Assembly: GCF_009914755.1 (NCBI RefSeq)
Contig: NC_060926.1
Length of the DNA: 64,000 nt
From: the human T2T-CHM13v2.0 reference genome, Homo sapiens
Reading direction: 5' to 3' (one strand)
Shown here in pieces: positions 61,081 through 64,000 of the stretch. A model generated the notes under the pieces. That model did no database searches, was not told the DNA's origin, and saw only the letters and a list, made by a program, of their open reading frames with translations. The position numbers and the translations under genes were made by a program. How positions within the stretch are numbered: the stretch's first letter is position 1; every line of letters starts with the position of its first letter.

Positions 61081-61371
61081 CCGCTCTTCCTTTTTCTGTT
61101 TCCTTTTTCTGGCTCTCTCAGCTTCTCCGTGCATTGAGGGGGCACCTACCTCAGGCAGGCCACACGTGCAACCCTTTTGTCCTTCTCCAGGGACCATACA
61201 TCGCAAAAATTCTCTGTCCAACACAAGTTTCAGGAAAGGCTCCCTCCAGCTTTATTGTAAGTTTTTAGGTTGCTGAAGTGGCATAAGAGCCAAGCATAAA
61301 AAACAGCCCAGCCTCCAGATCCCAAGGAAGGTGCATGCTCAGAGCACTGTCCTTCCACCCAGTCCCCTCAC

Positions 61372-61490
61372 CTGTCACCACAAGAGCCTTGAGTGTCCAG
61401 GGAGCTTCAGCTCTCAGCCGCTCACTGGCATCCAGGAGATACCGTCTGGGGCTTGCTCACCCCTGGAAAGTAGACTGCCTGCCTCATTGC
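61372..61490 (-). other. NAT8: NAT8 non-coding exon 1 (5' boundary approximate)
   Basis: Minus-strand CAG|gtgagg donor at 61372/61371; TSS inferred from the promoter motifs just upstream. Confidence 0.7.
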
Positions 61491-61507
61491 TTGGCTCCTG
61501 AATGTTT

Positions 61508-61598
61508 GGTAATCATCAACCCTAGGGTCAAAGAGCTGGGCTGTAACACAGCAGGGAGCCCAGTGTGCATTCCTCTTTGTGGTCAAAGGGAATGACCT
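61508..61598. promoter_or_regulatory. NAT8 proximal promoter: HNF1-like site (GGTAATCATCAAC 61508-61520), HNF4-like DR1 (GGGTCAAAGAGCT 61525-61537), nuclear-receptor half sites (TGGTCA-n7-TGACCT 61580-61598)
   Basis: Motif matches by eye immediately upstream of exon 1; consistent with kidney/liver expression of NAT8. Confidence 0.55.
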
Positions 61599-62865
61599 GG
61601 AGGGGGAGACTCAGGGTCTGGAACCGCCTGGGTTCCTTGCCCTTCTGGAAGGCCTGCCACCTCTCTTGCCTGTTCAGGCCCCGTGCATCTCTCTGCCACC
61701 TGGCACACTTAGTACTCTCGGTGCCTGTCCACATATACGATCCACCCTGGTCCTTGTACACATATACGACGAGCCTGAGAACTGTACCATTCACCCTGCA
61801 ATCAGTCACCATTGGCCAGAAGCCGAGTCCCCACACTTGGCAACAAGGCCCTTCCCAGCTAGGCTTCTCCTCGCTGAGGTTTCCCTGGTCCACGAAGCAT
61901 CTGTTGTTGGCAGTTCCTTGCACTCACCTCACCAACTCCCATCTCCACCCATTCATTGATTCAGTCAACAGTTGTGTGTCATGCACTTCCTGTGTCCTGG
62001 GGTCATTTCAGCCATGAGCAAGGTTGACATTCGGCTTGACAGGCATGGCTGTGTGTGGCTTGTGTGTGTTCTGGCTGTTGGTCAGAGGCTGTGCCACACC
62101 CGTTGTTAAATATTTTGCACTGCAGATGTTGGGGAGGCCCAAATTCATGCTCTTGTACCCGACGTGGAGCTGATCCCAAACACTGACACATGGGTGCTTG
62201 GAGATAGAGAAAGTTGTATTCGATTTGGCCAAAGCAAGAAGGCAGGAGAGCAAGATCTCTCAACTTCAGTTCAACAAAGAAGCAGCAGCAGAATGTTTTT
62301 ATGCAGCTAGAGAGTGAGGAAGGGGGAGTTCAGGGGGATTGAGAGGAAAAGTCTGTGTTTCCTCAGTCTGAGATAACACCTTGTGCAACCAGGCTTCTCA
62401 GTGTCAGCAGCTGGTCACAGTGTCCTTCAAGGCATTCATTCCTTCTGCAAACTTTTCCTGACCCTGAAGGAATGTCTTCCTGCTGAACAAAGAAACAGTG
62501 CATGAGCAGTTTATCATTATGTTGTGGGAACAAGGAATATTGGACCAAAAGCAAGTGGTTAACATGTGCAAGCCAGCAACGGTCTGATCAGAATGTTCAT
62601 TATTTCAGTCACTAAAACATGGTATGGTGCTGAAATCTCAAGGGGCCCAATTACAAGGATGCAACATATACAAGATAGGCAAAAGCAAAACCTAACAGAA
62701 AAAGCCCTTTTCCACACCAACTTACATGCTATTGAAGGGAAACTTCCCTTCCAAAGATTAGCTAACCTATTGATGATCAGCCACGCTGGGCCCGTCATCT
62801 AGGTTAGGTAGTTTGGACTCTATTCCAAGAGCAAGGGGAGGACATTGATATGCACAGAGGGGAGG

Positions 62866-62867
<2 letters not shown>

Positions 62868-62912
<45 letters not shown>
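62868..62912. repeat. (TG)n(CG)n microsatellite upstream of NAT8
   Basis: Read directly. Confidence 0.92.
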
Positions 62913-64000
62913 CGCAAGCATCACTCTGGCTGCAGGTGGACAATGGATCTGAGGAGGTAGGAATGGAAGCAGCTACCCCTCAAGGCTCATGCCACATCCA
63001 GGCAAGAGCGGGGCCTCCAGTACAGGGATGCAGGTGCTCACTGTACAAGAGCAGCTGGCCCAGAGGCTCTGGTGGGAGCTAAAACTGGGCCTCCCTCTGG
63101 TTGCCAAGCCATGAGCCATGGCACGAAACTGAGACTGGCCAAAGGAAAAGGCAACCTTTTCTTATTTGCTCAAAGGCGTTGCTTGCCTGCTAAACTCTGC
63201 ATCCAGTGGGCTGCATGGCTTGAGGCTGTGCCTAGCTCTGGGTTCACAAAGAAGCCGCCTGGGTTAGCAGAGGCCCATGAGACAGCAGTGGCTTCACCAG
63301 AGGGAGGAAGTCAAGAAAGTGAGACATGAGCCGTATGGAGGTGCATTTGGGGCAGAAATGGCAGGAGTTGGAATGATTCACACAGGGAGGAGGATGAGGA
63401 AGGGCTCAGAGACGACAGCCAGGCTTCTGGTAGGGGCATTCAGGAAAACACTGGAGAGAGCCCAGATCTGGAAAAGTCAAGGCTTCCCCTAAAGGTGCTG
63501 CCCTGCAGCCTTCCTCAGCAGAAACCAGAAGCTGGGAGTCAGCAGCAGGAACCCAGGGCCAGCCAGTGGAGGCTGCTGAGATTCCAGATCTTTGGTACCC
63601 AACACCACCTCCGAGGAAAAGTCTAAGGAGCATCAAGTCTGGGCAGGAAGTCCATGGCTCATCTTTAGAGTGTTCTCGCAACATTTCAGTGTCAAGCAGG
63701 AGTTGGCCTAGGAATCAAAAGAGGTGAGCGGTGGCTCCAAAGCACCACTGAGTACTTCTAGTGTGAGTCTAACCAATATTCAGTCAGAAACCTGCCGGTC
63801 ACGTGGAGGGGGAGAGGTTTGTGCTCCGTCCCTGTGTGCTGTCTCTCCCTCCATGCTCACCCGTGGCTGTGGCTTCCTCAAAACACAGCGACCTCACTTG
63901 ACATTCAGGCGTCTCTTGCTCCCAGGATTTACTGTGACTTCTGCATTTTTGTAGCTTTCCTGATAAAAGCCTGGGCTTTCCTTGTCGGACCTGAAAGATT

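Noticed and set aside
61528-62017. Overlapping 126-150 aa ORFs upstream of NAT8
   Set aside because: No recognisable domain or exon structure; mostly near-cognate starts in GC-richer sequence

Overview
Human (primate) genomic DNA, recognisable as the 2p13 ALMS1-NAT8 interval. The + strand carries the 3' end of ALMS1: the end of a long repeat-rich intron, then the last seven coding exons (conventionally 17-23). These splice in frame with canonical GT-AG sites to the C-terminus ...LLGRKVPWD*, followed by a short 3'UTR. The - strand carries the complete NAT8 gene (non-coding exon 1, single coding exon, 227-aa GNAT acetyltransferase, F143 allele). The 31 kb between the convergent genes is mostly two decayed ERV1 proviruses: a minus-strand, internally deleted element with an Arg-tRNA PBS, and a full-length MER57-like element with a Leu-tRNA PBS nested inside an MST MaLR. 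The window also contains Alus, L1s, THE1 LTRs, a Charlie1 DNA transposon and a tailless 5S rRNA retrocopy. Nearly all short ORFs in the track are repeat-derived noise. I found no convincing new gene system. The most interesting observations are structural: a twin-primed L1, a 5S/Alu double insertion at one target site, an inverted duplication inside ERV gag, an in-frame tandem expansion of the RT FLGLAGY motif, an unexplained intronic hairpin, a candidate recursive splice site at ALMS1 exon 18, and NAT8 promoter/uORF elements. Repeat subfamily names and most repeat boundaries were judged by eye and are approximate.
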